Below are positions 9,224 through 18,162 of a DNA stretch of 64,000 nucleotides, in pieces (within the stretch, counting starts at the first letter, position 1; every line of letters begins with the position of its first letter). This stretch comes from Pseudomonadota bacterium. GTDB lineage: Bacteria > Pseudomonadota > Alphaproteobacteria > Rhodobacterales > Rhodobacteraceae. Where the stretch lies: the NCBI GenBank assembly GCA_040387915.1, contig JAZKCV010000008.1, positions 104,638 to 168,637 on the forward strand, in the 5' to 3' direction. The notes below the pieces were generated by a model. That model was not told the origin of the DNA and ran no database searches. It saw only the letters and a list, made by a program, of their open reading frames with translations. The translations under genes were made by a program, and so were the position numbers.

Positions 9224-10759
9224 ATGGTCGTTGGCGCAGAGCCAGTCGTGCAAGCGCGCGGCATTGTGAAGATTTTCGGCCAGCACAGGGCTTTGGATGG
9301 CGTCGATTTTACCGTGCGCCCCGGCGAGGTTCACGCGCTTTTGGGCGAGAATGGCGCGGGAAAGTCCACACTTATCAAGATATTGACCGGCGCTTACCAA
9401 CCGGATGGCGGCGAGGTGGTGCTGGAAGGCCAGCCTGTGCGGTTCTCGGACCCGCTGGATGCACAACGGCATGGCATTGGCACGGTTTACCAAGAAGTGA
9501 ACTTGCTGCCGAACCGATCGGTGGCTGAAAATCTTTTTCTCGGCCACCAACCGACGCGGTTTGGCATCGTGCAGCGTAAGGTGATTGAGGCGCGGGCGCG
9601 GGATTTGTTGGCGGGGTATGGGCTTGAAATTGATGTGAAGGCCGAACTTGGCAGCTATTCGGTGGCGGTGCAGCAGATCGTCGCGATTGCGCGGGCGGTA
9701 GAGCTTTCTGGCAAGGTTTTGGTGCTGGATGAGCCGACTGCCAGCCTTGATCGCAACGAAGTGGCGAAGATGTTTGAGGTGGTCGGGCGGCTGAAGGCGC
9801 GCGGGCTTGGGATTATTTTTATCACGCATTTTCTCGATCAGGTGTTTGAGATTGCCGACCGGGTGACGATCCTGCGCAATGGTCGGTTGATCGGCACCAA
9901 GGTGCTGTCAGAGGTGACGGCGACCGATGTGGTGCGGATGATGCTGGGCAAGGATCTGGCGTTTGATCATGGCGGCGTCGGGGTGGCGGAAGCGCTGCAA
10001 GGCCCGGTGCGGGTGGAGTTTAAGTCTTTGGGACGGCAGGGAAAAGTGGCACCGTTTTCACTGTCTTTGCATGAGGGCGAAGTCGTGGGCGTGGCGGGGC
10101 TGCTGGGCTCTGGCCGCACGGAAATGGCGCGGCTGATGTTTGGGGTGGACCCGGCGGATGGCGGTGAGATTTCGGTGGGCGGGAAGCTGGTCAGCATCCG
10201 AAACCCGGCGCAGGCGGTGGCGGCGGGGTTCGGGTTTTGCCCGGAGGATCGCAAGCTGGACGGGATTTTTGGTGATTTGTCGGTGCGCGAGAATATCATC
10301 ATCGCGTTGCAGGCGAAACTGGGCTGGTTCCGCGCGCTGAACCGCGATGAGCAAAACGAGATTGCCGGTAACTATGCCGAGGCGTTGGATATTCGCGCCG
10401 CGAACCACGATATGCCGGTGAAGCTGCTGTCAGGCGGCAATCAGCAGAAGGTGATCCTGGCGCGCTGGCTGGCGATTGACCCGAATTTTCTGATTTTGGA
10501 CGAGCCGACACGGGGGATCGATGTCGGGGCTCATGCCGAAATTGTGCGCACGATCAATCGGTTGCGCGAAGAAGGGCTGGCGCTTTTGGTGATCTCATCG
10601 GAGTTGGACGAGGTGGTCGCCTATTCCAACCGCATCGTGGTGATGCGCGACCGCGAGATGGTGGCGGAACTCAGCGGCGCCGATATTGCGCCCTCGGTGA
10701 TTGTGGCGGCGATTGCGGATAATCCGGGAGCCAAACTTACGGCGGAGGTTGGGCAATGA
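9224..10759 (+). CDS. ytfR: sugar ABC transporter ATP-binding protein (duplicated ABC domains), YtfR-like
   Basis: 511 aa. Two Walker A motifs (GENGAGKST; GLLGSGRT) and two signature motifs (LSGGNQQK). SD GGGGAG. Confidence 0.85.
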   Translation: MVVGAEPVVQARGIVKIFGQHRALDGVDFTVRPGEVHALLGENGAGKSTLIKILTGAYQPDGGEVVLEGQPVRFSDPLDAQRHGIGTVYQEVNLLPNRSVAENLFLGHQPTRFGIVQRKVIEARARDLLAGYGLEIDVKAELGSYSVAVQQIVAIARAVELSGKVLVLDEPTASLDRNEVAKMFEVVGRLKARGLGIIFITHFLDQVFEIADRVTILRNGRLIGTKVLSEVTATDVVRMMLGKDLAFDHGGVGVAEALQGPVRVEFKSLGRQGKVAPFSLSLHEGEVVGVAGLLGSGRTEMARLMFGVDPADGGEISVGGKLVSIRNPAQAVAAGFGFCPEDRKLDGIFGDLSVRENIIIALQAKLGWFRALNRDEQNEIAGNYAEALDIRAANHDMPVKLLSGGNQQKVILARWLAIDPNFLILDEPTRGIDVGAHAEIVRTINRLREEGLALLVISSELDEVVAYSNRIVVMRDREMVAELSGADIAPSVIVAAIADNPGAKLTAEVGQ

Positions 10760-11754
10760 GGCGGATCGACTGGCGGGGCGCGCTGCTGCGGCCGCAATTT
10801 ATGGCGTTGGCGGCGGTTTTGCTGATCAACTGGCTGCTGTTTCCGGGGTTTTTCGACATCACTTTGCAGGATGGGCGGCTGTTTGGCAGCGTGATTGACG
10901 TGCTGAACCGTGGCGCTCCGGTCGCGATTTTGGCGATTGGCATGACGGCGGTGATCGCGACCAAGGGCGTCGATCTGTCGGTTGGGGCGGTGATGGCGAT
11001 TGCGGGGGCAGTGGCGGCGGTGCTGGTGACGGGGGGATATTCGGCGATTATGGCGGTGGGCGCGGCGCTGTTGGTGGGGCTTTTGTGCGGGCTGTGGAAC
11101 GGGATTTTGGTGACCTATCTGGAGATCCAGCCGATCATCGCCACGCTGGTTTTGATGGTGGCGGGGCGCGGTTTGGCGCAGTTGGTGACGGAAGGCTCGA
11201 TCGTGACATTTTCCGATCCGGTGCTGATTTTCATCGGCACGGGGTCGCTGTTTGGGATGCCGATGCCGATTGTGATTGCTGCGGTTTTGGCGATTGGAGC
11301 GACGCTGATCGTGCGCAGAACGGCGCTAGGGCTCTTGATCGAGGCGGTGGGGGTGAACCGCTCGGCTGCCAGATTTGCGGGCATTTCCAGCGGCTTACTG
11401 CTGGTGGTGGTCTACACCTTTGCCGGGTTTTGTGCGGCGACTTCGGGACTGATCGTGGCGGGGGATATTCGCGGCGCGGATGCAAATAACGCCGGGTTGT
11501 GGCTAGAGTTGGATGCGATCCTCGCCGTGGTGATTGGCGGCACGTCGCTGCTGGGCGGGCGGTTTTCGATCCCGATGTCGGTGGTGGGGGCCTTGATCAT
11601 TCAGGCGATGAATACCGGGATTTTGATTTCGGGCTTCTCGCCAGAGTTCAATCTGGTGGTGAAATCTGGGGTGATCATCCTGATTTTGGTATTGCAAGCG
11701 CCGATCACCAGCCAATGGCTGCGCAAGCGCGTCTCGGAAAGGAAAACCCAATGA
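10756..11754 (+). CDS. ytfT: sugar ABC transporter permease, YtfT-like
   Basis: 332 aa polytopic membrane protein, AraH/RbsC-type. ATGA overlap with ytfR. Confidence 0.8.
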   Translation: MRRIDWRGALLRPQFMALAAVLLINWLLFPGFFDITLQDGRLFGSVIDVLNRGAPVAILAIGMTAVIATKGVDLSVGAVMAIAGAVAAVLVTGGYSAIMAVGAALLVGLLCGLWNGILVTYLEIQPIIATLVLMVAGRGLAQLVTEGSIVTFSDPVLIFIGTGSLFGMPMPIVIAAVLAIGATLIVRRTALGLLIEAVGVNRSAARFAGISSGLLLVVVYTFAGFCAATSGLIVAGDIRGADANNAGLWLELDAILAVVIGGTSLLGGRFSIPMSVVGALIIQAMNTGILISGFSPEFNLVVKSGVIILILVLQAPITSQWLRKRVSERKTQ

Positions 11755-12728
11755 ACCGCGCTTTACGGCCTTTGGTGGCCACGACCGCGATCTTTGCGCT
11801 GGCCTATCTTGCCGCCGTTATCCAATTTCCGGCGATGCTGTCGACCCGGGTTTTGGGCAATTTCCTGACCGATAATGCCTTCCTTGGCATCGCGGCGGTG
11901 GGGATGACCTTTGTGATTATCTCGGGCGGGATTGATCTGTCGGTTGGTGCGGTGATTGGCTTTACCACGGTGCTGAACGCGGTATTGATCATGTGGCTGG
12001 GGCTGCATCCGCTGTTTGCCTTTGCGATTTCGCTGAGTGTGGCGGCGGCGTTTGGTGCGGTGATGGGGGCGGCGATCCACTATCTGAAGGTGCCGAGTTT
12101 TATTGTCACACTGGCGGGGATGTTTCTGGCACGGGGCGGCGCTTCGGTGTTGTCGCCGGATAGTATCGGCATCAAGCATGAACTTTATACAACGATTTCA
12201 AAAAGCTACATCCTGCTGCCGGGCGGCGGACGGCTGACGGTGATCGGGATGATCATGCTGCTGGTGTTCGTGTTCGGTATCATTTTGGCACATCGCACCC
12301 GGTTTGGCTCTTACGTCTACGCGCTTGGCGGGTCAGAGGTTTCCGCCGGATTGATGGGCGTTCCGGTCGCGCGCACCACGATTTTGATCTACACGTTGTC
12401 AGCGACTTTGGCGGGCCTCGCGGGCATTGTGTTCTCGCTTTACACCTCGGCGGGCTATTCGCTGTCGGCTTTGGGGGTGGAGTTGGACGCCATCGCGGCG
12501 GTGGTGATTGGCGGCACTTTGCTGACCGGCGGCTATGGATTTATCGCGGGCACCTTCATCGGCGCGATGCTGCAAGGGTTGGTGCAGACCTACATCGTGT
12601 TTGATGGCTCACTCTCAAGTTGGTGGACCAAAATCGTCATCGGTGGCTTGCTTTTCCTGTTCATTTTGTTGCAAAGGCTGGTGTTCTCGGCGGCATCTCC
12701 GCGCAGGAAAGTGTTTTGGAAAACCTAG
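11751..12728 (+). CDS. yjfF: sugar ABC transporter permease, YjfF-like
   Basis: ATG at 11751 overlaps the ytfT stop (ATGA). 326 aa hydrophobic RbsC-family protein. The ORF-track start at 11499 is an in-frame extension running back into ytfT. Confidence 0.8.
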   Translation: MNRALRPLVATTAIFALAYLAAVIQFPAMLSTRVLGNFLTDNAFLGIAAVGMTFVIISGGIDLSVGAVIGFTTVLNAVLIMWLGLHPLFAFAISLSVAAAFGAVMGAAIHYLKVPSFIVTLAGMFLARGGASVLSPDSIGIKHELYTTISKSYILLPGGGRLTVIGMIMLLVFVFGIILAHRTRFGSYVYALGGSEVSAGLMGVPVARTTILIYTLSATLAGLAGIVFSLYTSAGYSLSALGVELDAIAAVVIGGTLLTGGYGFIAGTFIGAMLQGLVQTYIVFDGSLSSWWTKIVIGGLLFLFILLQRLVFSAASPRRKVFWKT

Positions 12729-12729
12729 C

Positions 12730-13464
12730 ATGAGCGAACCCGGCAGCCTCGTCCGTGCGCTGTCCGGGCGGCAGGTGGCGCGCAATTTCCACTCTTATGT
12801 GATCAGCGAAGTCGGCATCGGCATCGCGTCGGGGCGTCTTGCGGTGGGCTCGATCCTGCCGAATGACGCCGAGATGATGGACACTTACAACGTCTCGCGT
12901 ACGGTTTTGCGCGAGGCTTTGAAGACGCTGGAGGCCAAGGGGTTGGTTGAGGCGCGCGCCAAGGTCGGCACGCGGGTTCTGCCGCGCAGCCGGTGGAATC
13001 TTTATGATCGTCAAGTGCTTGGCTGGATTCAAGAGGCCGGGCCGGGATTGGTTTTTCTGCAATCCTACGTCGAATTGCGTGAGATGATAGAAATGCAGAC
13101 CGCCACATTGGCGGCGCAAAGGCGCTCGGCCGAGCAGTTGAGGATGCTTTTGTACTGGCTGAACCAGCGCAGCATGACGGCGGCTTTGGCCGAGCCGTTC
13201 GCGCTGGCAGAGTTCGAGTTTCACCGGATTCTGTGCGAGGCGAGCCAGAACCCGTTCCTGCGCGCTGCCTCGGCCTTGGTGGAATTCGGCGTGGTGCAGG
13301 CGATTGCACCACAGTTGCGGGCAGGACTTTCGGATTTTGCGGCGGCTAAGGCCGCGCTGTATCAGGCTTTGGCCGATGCGGTCGGCCATGCCGAGCCAGA
13401 GGCTGCAGGGGCGGCGATGGCTGCGATTTTGGCGGTGGATCGGGTTTGGATTTTGGGGGCGTAA
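12730..13464 (+). CDS. GntR family transcriptional regulator (FadR/FCD subfamily)
   Basis: ATG at 12730, 1 nt after the yjfF stop. N-terminal wHTH (DTYNVSRTVLREALKTLEAKGLVEARAKVGTRV) and C-terminal FCD-like helical domain. Confidence 0.8.
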   Translation: MSEPGSLVRALSGRQVARNFHSYVISEVGIGIASGRLAVGSILPNDAEMMDTYNVSRTVLREALKTLEAKGLVEARAKVGTRVLPRSRWNLYDRQVLGWIQEAGPGLVFLQSYVELREMIEMQTATLAAQRRSAEQLRMLLYWLNQRSMTAALAEPFALAEFEFHRILCEASQNPFLRAASALVEFGVVQAIAPQLRAGLSDFAAAKAALYQALADAVGHAEPEAAGAAMAAILAVDRVWILGA

Positions 13465-13465
13465 G

Positions 13466-14446
13466 ATGGACAGTCAGGTTTATAAGATCAGCGATGGCGC
13501 GGATTGTTCAGCGGTTTTAAGCCCTTACGGCGCAAGGCTGATGCAGTTGTGGGTGCCGGGGCGCGGCGGGATTTTGGCCGATATCGTGCTGGGGCATGAT
13601 GATGTGCAGGGCTATTTGAGCCATCCGGGGACGTATTTTGGCGCGACCTGCGGACGTTATGCCAACCGGATTGCGGGCGGGCGGTTTGAGTGGGCGGGCG
13701 GCGTGGTGCAACTGGATTGCAACGAGGGCGTTAACCATTTGCATGGCGGTGCGCTTGGGTTTGATAAGCGGGTTTGGACGGTACTGCGGGCGGATGCGTG
13801 GGGCGTGACGTTTGGGCTGCATAGCCCGGATGGCGAGATGGGGTTTCCGGGGGCTTTGGACGTTGAGGTGCGGTATGAATTTACCGGGCCTGCGCGGTTG
13901 CAGATTGTGATGATGGCGCGGGCGGCTGCGGATACCGTGGTTAATCTGGTCAATCACGCCTATTTCAACATGGCGGGGCAGGGCAGCGGCGCTGTGGATG
14001 GCCAGTTGTTGCAGATGGCTGCGGACCGGTATTTGGCTGTGGATGCGGCGTTGTTGCCCTTGGGCGCGCCTGTTGATGTCGCCGGAACGCCGTTTGATTT
14101 CAGAGTGTTGCGAGCTTTGGACGCCGATGTCCCTGCGGGCGGGTTTGATCACAACTTTTGTCTGAACGGCGGCGACGGCCCTGCGGTGGTGGCGATTGAT
14201 ACAACCTCCGGGCGCGGTCTGCGGTTGTCTACCAATCAGCCGGGGGTGCAGCTATATACGGGGTCGTATCTGCCAGAGGGGCTGCCGGGCAAGACGGGCG
14301 CTGTGACGGGCGCGCGGGCGGGGTTCACGCTGGAGACGCAAGCTTGGCCGGATAGCCCCAATCATGCCGACTACCCCTCGGCCATTGTCAGGGCCGGAGG
14401 GGTTTATCGCCATGAGATGGAATTCGCGTTTTTCGTCGCCGATTAG
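13466..14446 (+). CDS. galM: aldose 1-epimerase (galactose mutarotase)
   Basis: ATG at 13466 directly after the GntR stop. Motifs GYLSHPGTYFGATCGRYANRIAGGRF and HLHGG typical of the mutarotase family. Confidence 0.8.
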   Translation: MDSQVYKISDGADCSAVLSPYGARLMQLWVPGRGGILADIVLGHDDVQGYLSHPGTYFGATCGRYANRIAGGRFEWAGGVVQLDCNEGVNHLHGGALGFDKRVWTVLRADAWGVTFGLHSPDGEMGFPGALDVEVRYEFTGPARLQIVMMARAAADTVVNLVNHAYFNMAGQGSGAVDGQLLQMAADRYLAVDAALLPLGAPVDVAGTPFDFRVLRALDADVPAGGFDHNFCLNGGDGPAVVAIDTTSGRGLRLSTNQPGVQLYTGSYLPEGLPGKTGAVTGARAGFTLETQAWPDSPNHADYPSAIVRAGGVYRHEMEFAFFVAD

Positions 14447-16014
14447 GGTTTTTCTAGACGGTAAGACGCGTCGGCTTTAACCATTTCCCACGCGCCTTGC
14501 GTGCCATCGGGCCAGATTACCCGAACTTCGGCCTGCGCGAGGGTGCCCAAGCCGAAATGCACTGGGCCGAGGTTGCCGCCCGCCTGACCGCCGCCCACGG
14601 TGATCTCGCGGCGTTGGATGTGGTCGGGCATTTTCACCTCAACCCAAGCACCGATGGCATCGGTGTTGGGGGCGGTTTGGGTAAGGGTCAGATCAAGCCA
14701 ATGGCTCGCGGATTTGGTGGTGTTGCGCCAGATTTGGGCAGGCTCGCGGCGGTTGACCACAACCAGATCGACGAGGCCATCGGCGTTGAAATCGGCCAAA
14801 GCAGCTCCGCGCGACAGGCCCATGGCGGCGACACCTGCGCGGTCGCCCGCTTCCTCAAATGTGCCGTCTGTGCGCTGTAACAGCAGGTTGTTGGGGTCTT
14901 TCAGCGCGAAATCTGGCATCGCATCGACGTTGCCTTTGGCGATGAACAGGTCGGCGAGGCCATCGTTATTCACGTCCTCAAACTGGGCGTGCCAGCCGGT
15001 GGAGGGATTGAGATCATCGCCCGTGTAGGGGCGTTGGGCGATGGCGTGTTTGGGAAAAGCCACGTCTTTGAAGGTGGGTTTGGCGGCCCCATCGGTCGGG
15101 ATTTCTGCCAATGTTTGCAGTTTGTTATCGGCCATCGAGGTGACGAAATACTCAGGAAAACCGTCGAAGTTCAGATCGTAGCTGGCGATGCCCATCCCCC
15201 AGATGCGCAGGCGTTTCCAGCCCTCTTTGTCGGTGTATAAAGTGGGTTCTTTGCCGGGGTCGATGTGCCAGAGTTGTTCTTGCCCGCCTTTGTAATATTC
15301 GCGGTCGTTGGCGATGCGCAGGCTTGGCGTGCCAGAGCGGTTCCAGTCGGAGAACAGCATCGACAGGGCGCAGAAGCTGGGTTTCAGCGGGGTGGGGGCG
15401 GCGAATTTTAGCCCATCGGGGCGGTGCAGCCAGTTGTCGGTGCAAGAGCCCCACGGGAACATGTCTTGCGTGGCGTCGATGTAGTTGCCTACGGCGAGGG
15501 TAGGCCAGCTTTGGCCTTTTTCCCACGTGGCGGCGAAGGCGGCGGACCAGGCTTTGCCGCCGTCGAAGCCCCAAGCCTCATTGGCGCGTTCAAATTTGCA
15601 GTTGCCAAGGCCGCGCATCACCTCGTTTTCGCCTTGGCGCAGCAGGACGATGTCGGGGATGGTGTCGCTGTCGATGTCGATGGGATAGGCGCCGAGGACG
15701 GCAGTTTGCTCAAGCCCGCTTTGGGTCTCAACGAAGGCCAGATCGCCGCCGGGTGCGCTGTTGTTCACGAACAATTTCGCCGGATTGGTGCCACCTGCGA
15801 TGATCAGATCGAGGCGGGCGTCGGCGTTGCAGTCGAAGGTCGACACACCGCCGCCGACCATATATTCCCAGTCGCCTGCGTAGATTTGGTTGACGCCAGA
15901 GGTCGCGGTTGCTTCGGTGAAGCTGGGCACCAAGGGTGCTGGCGGCGGTTGCGAGGCGGTTTCGCTGTGGGCTGCGAGGGGCAGCAGGGCGAGGATGGGT
16001 GCTAGGATTTTCAT
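14443..16014 (-). CDS. secreted ASPIC/UnbV-domain, FG-GAP (VCBS) repeat protein (CRTAC1-like)
   Basis: First ATG at 16014 (the ORF-track start at 16017 is GTG). Signal peptide MKILAPILALLPLAAHS. Repeated DxDxDG/FG-GAP-like segments (DIDSDTIPD, FEDVNNDGLADL, DFNADGLVDLVV) and C-terminal ASPIC/UnbV-like region. Confidence 0.7.
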   Translation of the reverse strand: MKILAPILALLPLAAHSETASQPPPAPLVPSFTEATATSGVNQIYAGDWEYMVGGGVSTFDCNADARLDLIIAGGTNPAKLFVNNSAPGGDLAFVETQSGLEQTAVLGAYPIDIDSDTIPDIVLLRQGENEVMRGLGNCKFERANEAWGFDGGKAWSAAFAATWEKGQSWPTLAVGNYIDATQDMFPWGSCTDNWLHRPDGLKFAAPTPLKPSFCALSMLFSDWNRSGTPSLRIANDREYYKGGQEQLWHIDPGKEPTLYTDKEGWKRLRIWGMGIASYDLNFDGFPEYFVTSMADNKLQTLAEIPTDGAAKPTFKDVAFPKHAIAQRPYTGDDLNPSTGWHAQFEDVNNDGLADLFIAKGNVDAMPDFALKDPNNLLLQRTDGTFEEAGDRAGVAAMGLSRGAALADFNADGLVDLVVVNRREPAQIWRNTTKSASHWLDLTLTQTAPNTDAIGAWVEVKMPDHIQRREITVGGGQAGGNLGPVHFGLGTLAQAEVRVIWPDGTQGAWEMVKADASYRLEKP

Positions 16015-16017
16015 CAC

Positions 16018-17316
16018 TTACACCAATGTTTTCAGGGCGTTGATGAAGCTGCCGACTTCGGCACCTTGGCGCAGGCCGTTCTCGTTTGCGGCGCGGAAAT
16101 GGATGCCACCATAGAGGCGCGACATCGCGGCCTCGGCGGCGGCGGCGTTGAAATCGGCGAAATGGCGGGGTTTGATGCCATCATCGGCATGGGTGGCGTC
16201 GTCAAACGCGAAATTCTCGCCGAACACCGCTGTCAGCACGACGGCGGCGGCCCCCGATTGAGTGGAATGGCCGGAGGGGTATTCCGGGAACGGCGGCGTG
16301 ATCAGCAGCGCCTCCCACGTTTTGTCGATCACCCGGCGGATATAGGTCAGCGGGCGGATGCGGTTGAAGTGGAACTTGTCGACCCAGCAGGCGATGAAGC
16401 CGTCGTTCACCGCCATGCCGACACGGGCCAAAGCATCGGCGGCGCGCAAGGCATCGGTGCCGTCACGGTGCAGGATTTGCAGGGTGATCGAAATCCAATG
16501 GCCGGGCGGGGTCGGCGACAGCATCGGGTCATCCGACCAGAAGCGGGCGATGGCTTTTTGCTCATCCGTCAGGGCTTTGGAGGTGTCGTAGACCTCCATC
16601 GCTTGTTTGTAGAATTCCGATCCCGGTTCTTCGGAATAGATCGGCGGATCGCCTGCGGTGCAGGGGGCACCCACCGGCATCGCGAAGGGGCGGTTTTCAC
16701 CCCAAGCGGGCAGCAGGGGGGCTTGCTGTTGCACGATCGTGCTGGTCGGCATCCAGTATTCCGGGCCTGTCGGCGGCGGCCAATCGCGCGGGAAACCCAT
16801 GTTTTCCACATCCGCGCCGCCGTCATTTTTACTATAGGCTTCAATATGTTGCGCGACGGAAAGCCCGAAAGCGGCGGAGCGGGCGGCGACATCCTCGGCC
16901 ACACCTTCGTGCAGTTTTGCGCCGAGTTTGTCGCGCATCGCGGCCATCGCGCGCTGGCCAGTGGGGCCGGTGTTGCCGAAGAAAGTCTGAGCGGTTTCGG
17001 ACATCACCGCGTGCAGCACGAGGGAGTCGTCATAGACGCCATCCGGGCGTGCGGGCAGGGCGGTGAGGCCGTTGATCTGGCCTGCCAAACTGGTGGCCCC
17101 GGTGCCTGAGGCGAGAGCTTCGTAAGTGGCGAGCCCAAGATAGCCGAAGGCGCGGGCGGCGACGGGGGGGGAATAGGTGGCGGTGTGGCGGACCAGTTCC
17201 AGCACCAGTTTGTACCATGTCAGCAGGGTATCGCTGGGACTGGTGGCCGCGTGCAACGGCAGCGCGGGAAGGGCGAAGGCGGCCCCGGTCAGGGCGAGGA
17301 AATGACGGCGCTGCAT
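16018..17316 (-). CDS. Tat-secreted PAP2-superfamily protein, vanadium-dependent haloperoxidase-like
   Basis: Tat signal MQRRHFLALTGAAFALPALPLHAA. PAP2/haloperoxidase motifs KFHFNRIRP (KxxxxxxRP), YPSGHS (PSGH) and SRLYGGIHFRAA (SRxxxxxH). SD CAGGAG. Ends 3 nt before the ASPIC gene start. Confidence 0.65.
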   Translation of the reverse strand: MQRRHFLALTGAAFALPALPLHAATSPSDTLLTWYKLVLELVRHTATYSPPVAARAFGYLGLATYEALASGTGATSLAGQINGLTALPARPDGVYDDSLVLHAVMSETAQTFFGNTGPTGQRAMAAMRDKLGAKLHEGVAEDVAARSAAFGLSVAQHIEAYSKNDGGADVENMGFPRDWPPPTGPEYWMPTSTIVQQQAPLLPAWGENRPFAMPVGAPCTAGDPPIYSEEPGSEFYKQAMEVYDTSKALTDEQKAIARFWSDDPMLSPTPPGHWISITLQILHRDGTDALRAADALARVGMAVNDGFIACWVDKFHFNRIRPLTYIRRVIDKTWEALLITPPFPEYPSGHSTQSGAAAVVLTAVFGENFAFDDATHADDGIKPRHFADFNAAAAEAAMSRLYGGIHFRAANENGLRQGAEVGSFINALKTLV

Positions 17317-17360
17317 GGGGGCTCCTGAACGGGAATCGTGAAAGCGGGCGTGATAGAAGA

Positions 17361-17386
17361 AGGGCGCGAGGTTGCCCGCGCGCCCT
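17361..17386 (-). terminator. probable terminator hairpin downstream of the xylG-like gene
   Basis: AGGGCGCG-(10 nt)-CGCGCCCT stem immediately after the minus-strand stop at 17392. Pyrimidine-rich tail rather than a clean U-run. Confidence 0.4.
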
Positions 17387-17391
17387 AGGTT

Positions 17392-18150
17392 TCAAACAGC
17401 TTGCGGCGGTTTTTTGCCCATGATGATCATCCCGAGGATGTCTTCATCGGTGACTTCATTGACGTTTACCGTGCCAACACGCTGGCCATTTTTCATCACC
17501 ACGGCGCGGTCACACAGATCCATCACCGCATGAATATCGTGTTCAATCAAGAAGATACCGAGGCCCTGCTTTTTCAGCTCTTGGATCAGTTCGGCCACCA
17601 TTTGGGTTTCTTGCGGGCCCAAGGCTGCGGTCGGCTCGTCCATGATCAGGATTTTGGCGTTGAAATACACCGCGCGGGCGATGGCGACGGATTGGCGCTG
17701 ACCACCCGACAAGGCAGAGACGGGCACGTTGAACTTGCGGAAGTTCGGGTTGAGGCGTGCCATGATCTTGCGGGTTTCAGCCTCCATCGCGGAGTCGTCG
17801 AGGAAGCCGCCCGCGCCGACGATTTCGCGGCCCAGAAACAGGTTGGATGCAGCGTTGAGGTTATCGGCGAGGGCGAGGGTCTGGTAGATCGTCTCGATAT
17901 TATACTCGCGCGCGTCGCGGGGGTTGTTGATGTCGACCTTGGTGCCGTTGATGTAAATCTCTCCGGCGTCGGCTTTGTACGCGCCGGAAAGGCATTTGAT
18001 CAGCGTGGATTTGCCCGCACCGTTGTGGCCCAGAAGGCCGACAACTTCGCCGGGATGCAGATCGATCGTGACGTGATCGACGGCTTTGATACCGCCGAAC
18101 GCGATGGAAATGTCGCGCATCTCGACCAGAGGAGTTCCAGTATTAGCCAT
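17392..18150 (-). CDS. sugar ABC transporter ATP-binding protein (single ABC domain), XylG/FrcA-like
   Basis: 252 aa. Walker [10 protein letters not shown], signature LSGGQRQ, Walker B ILIMDEPT. Confidence 0.85.
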   Translation of the reverse strand: MANTGTPLVEMRDISIAFGGIKAVDHVTIDLHPGEVVGLLGHNGAGKSTLIKCLSGAYKADAGEIYINGTKVDINNPRDAREYNIETIYQTLALADNLNAASNLFLGREIVGAGGFLDDSAMEAETRKIMARLNPNFRKFNVPVSALSGGQRQSVAIARAVYFNAKILIMDEPTAALGPQETQMVAELIQELKKQGLGIFLIEHDIHAVMDLCDRAVVMKNGQRVGTVNVNEVTDEDILGMIIMGKKPPQAV

Positions 18151-18162
18151 GATTGCAACCCC

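Noticed and set aside
8023-9264. 413-aa ORF antisense to ytfQ; likewise 19662-20810 (+) antisense to the xylF-like gene, 36520-37968 (-) antisense to tpa, 4862-5608 (-), 21270-22148 (-), 12661-13389 (-), 32755-33561 (+), 1956-2672 (-)
   Set aside because: Arg/Pro/His-rich, no family resemblance, and fully overlapped by genes with strong homology on the other strand. These are high-GC antisense artefacts.
14443-16017. ORF-track first codons that are non-ATG (GTG/TTG) for the ASPIC gene (16017), Rrf2 (23818), flotillin (32702), acyltransferase (33801), tauE (41187), rhamnose binding protein (58345) and xylH-like gene (19578)
   Set aside because: Checked against the nucleotide sequence: these first codons are GTG/TTG. 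The adjacent ATG with a better SD was chosen; only the TMADH-family gene was left with its apparent GTG start.
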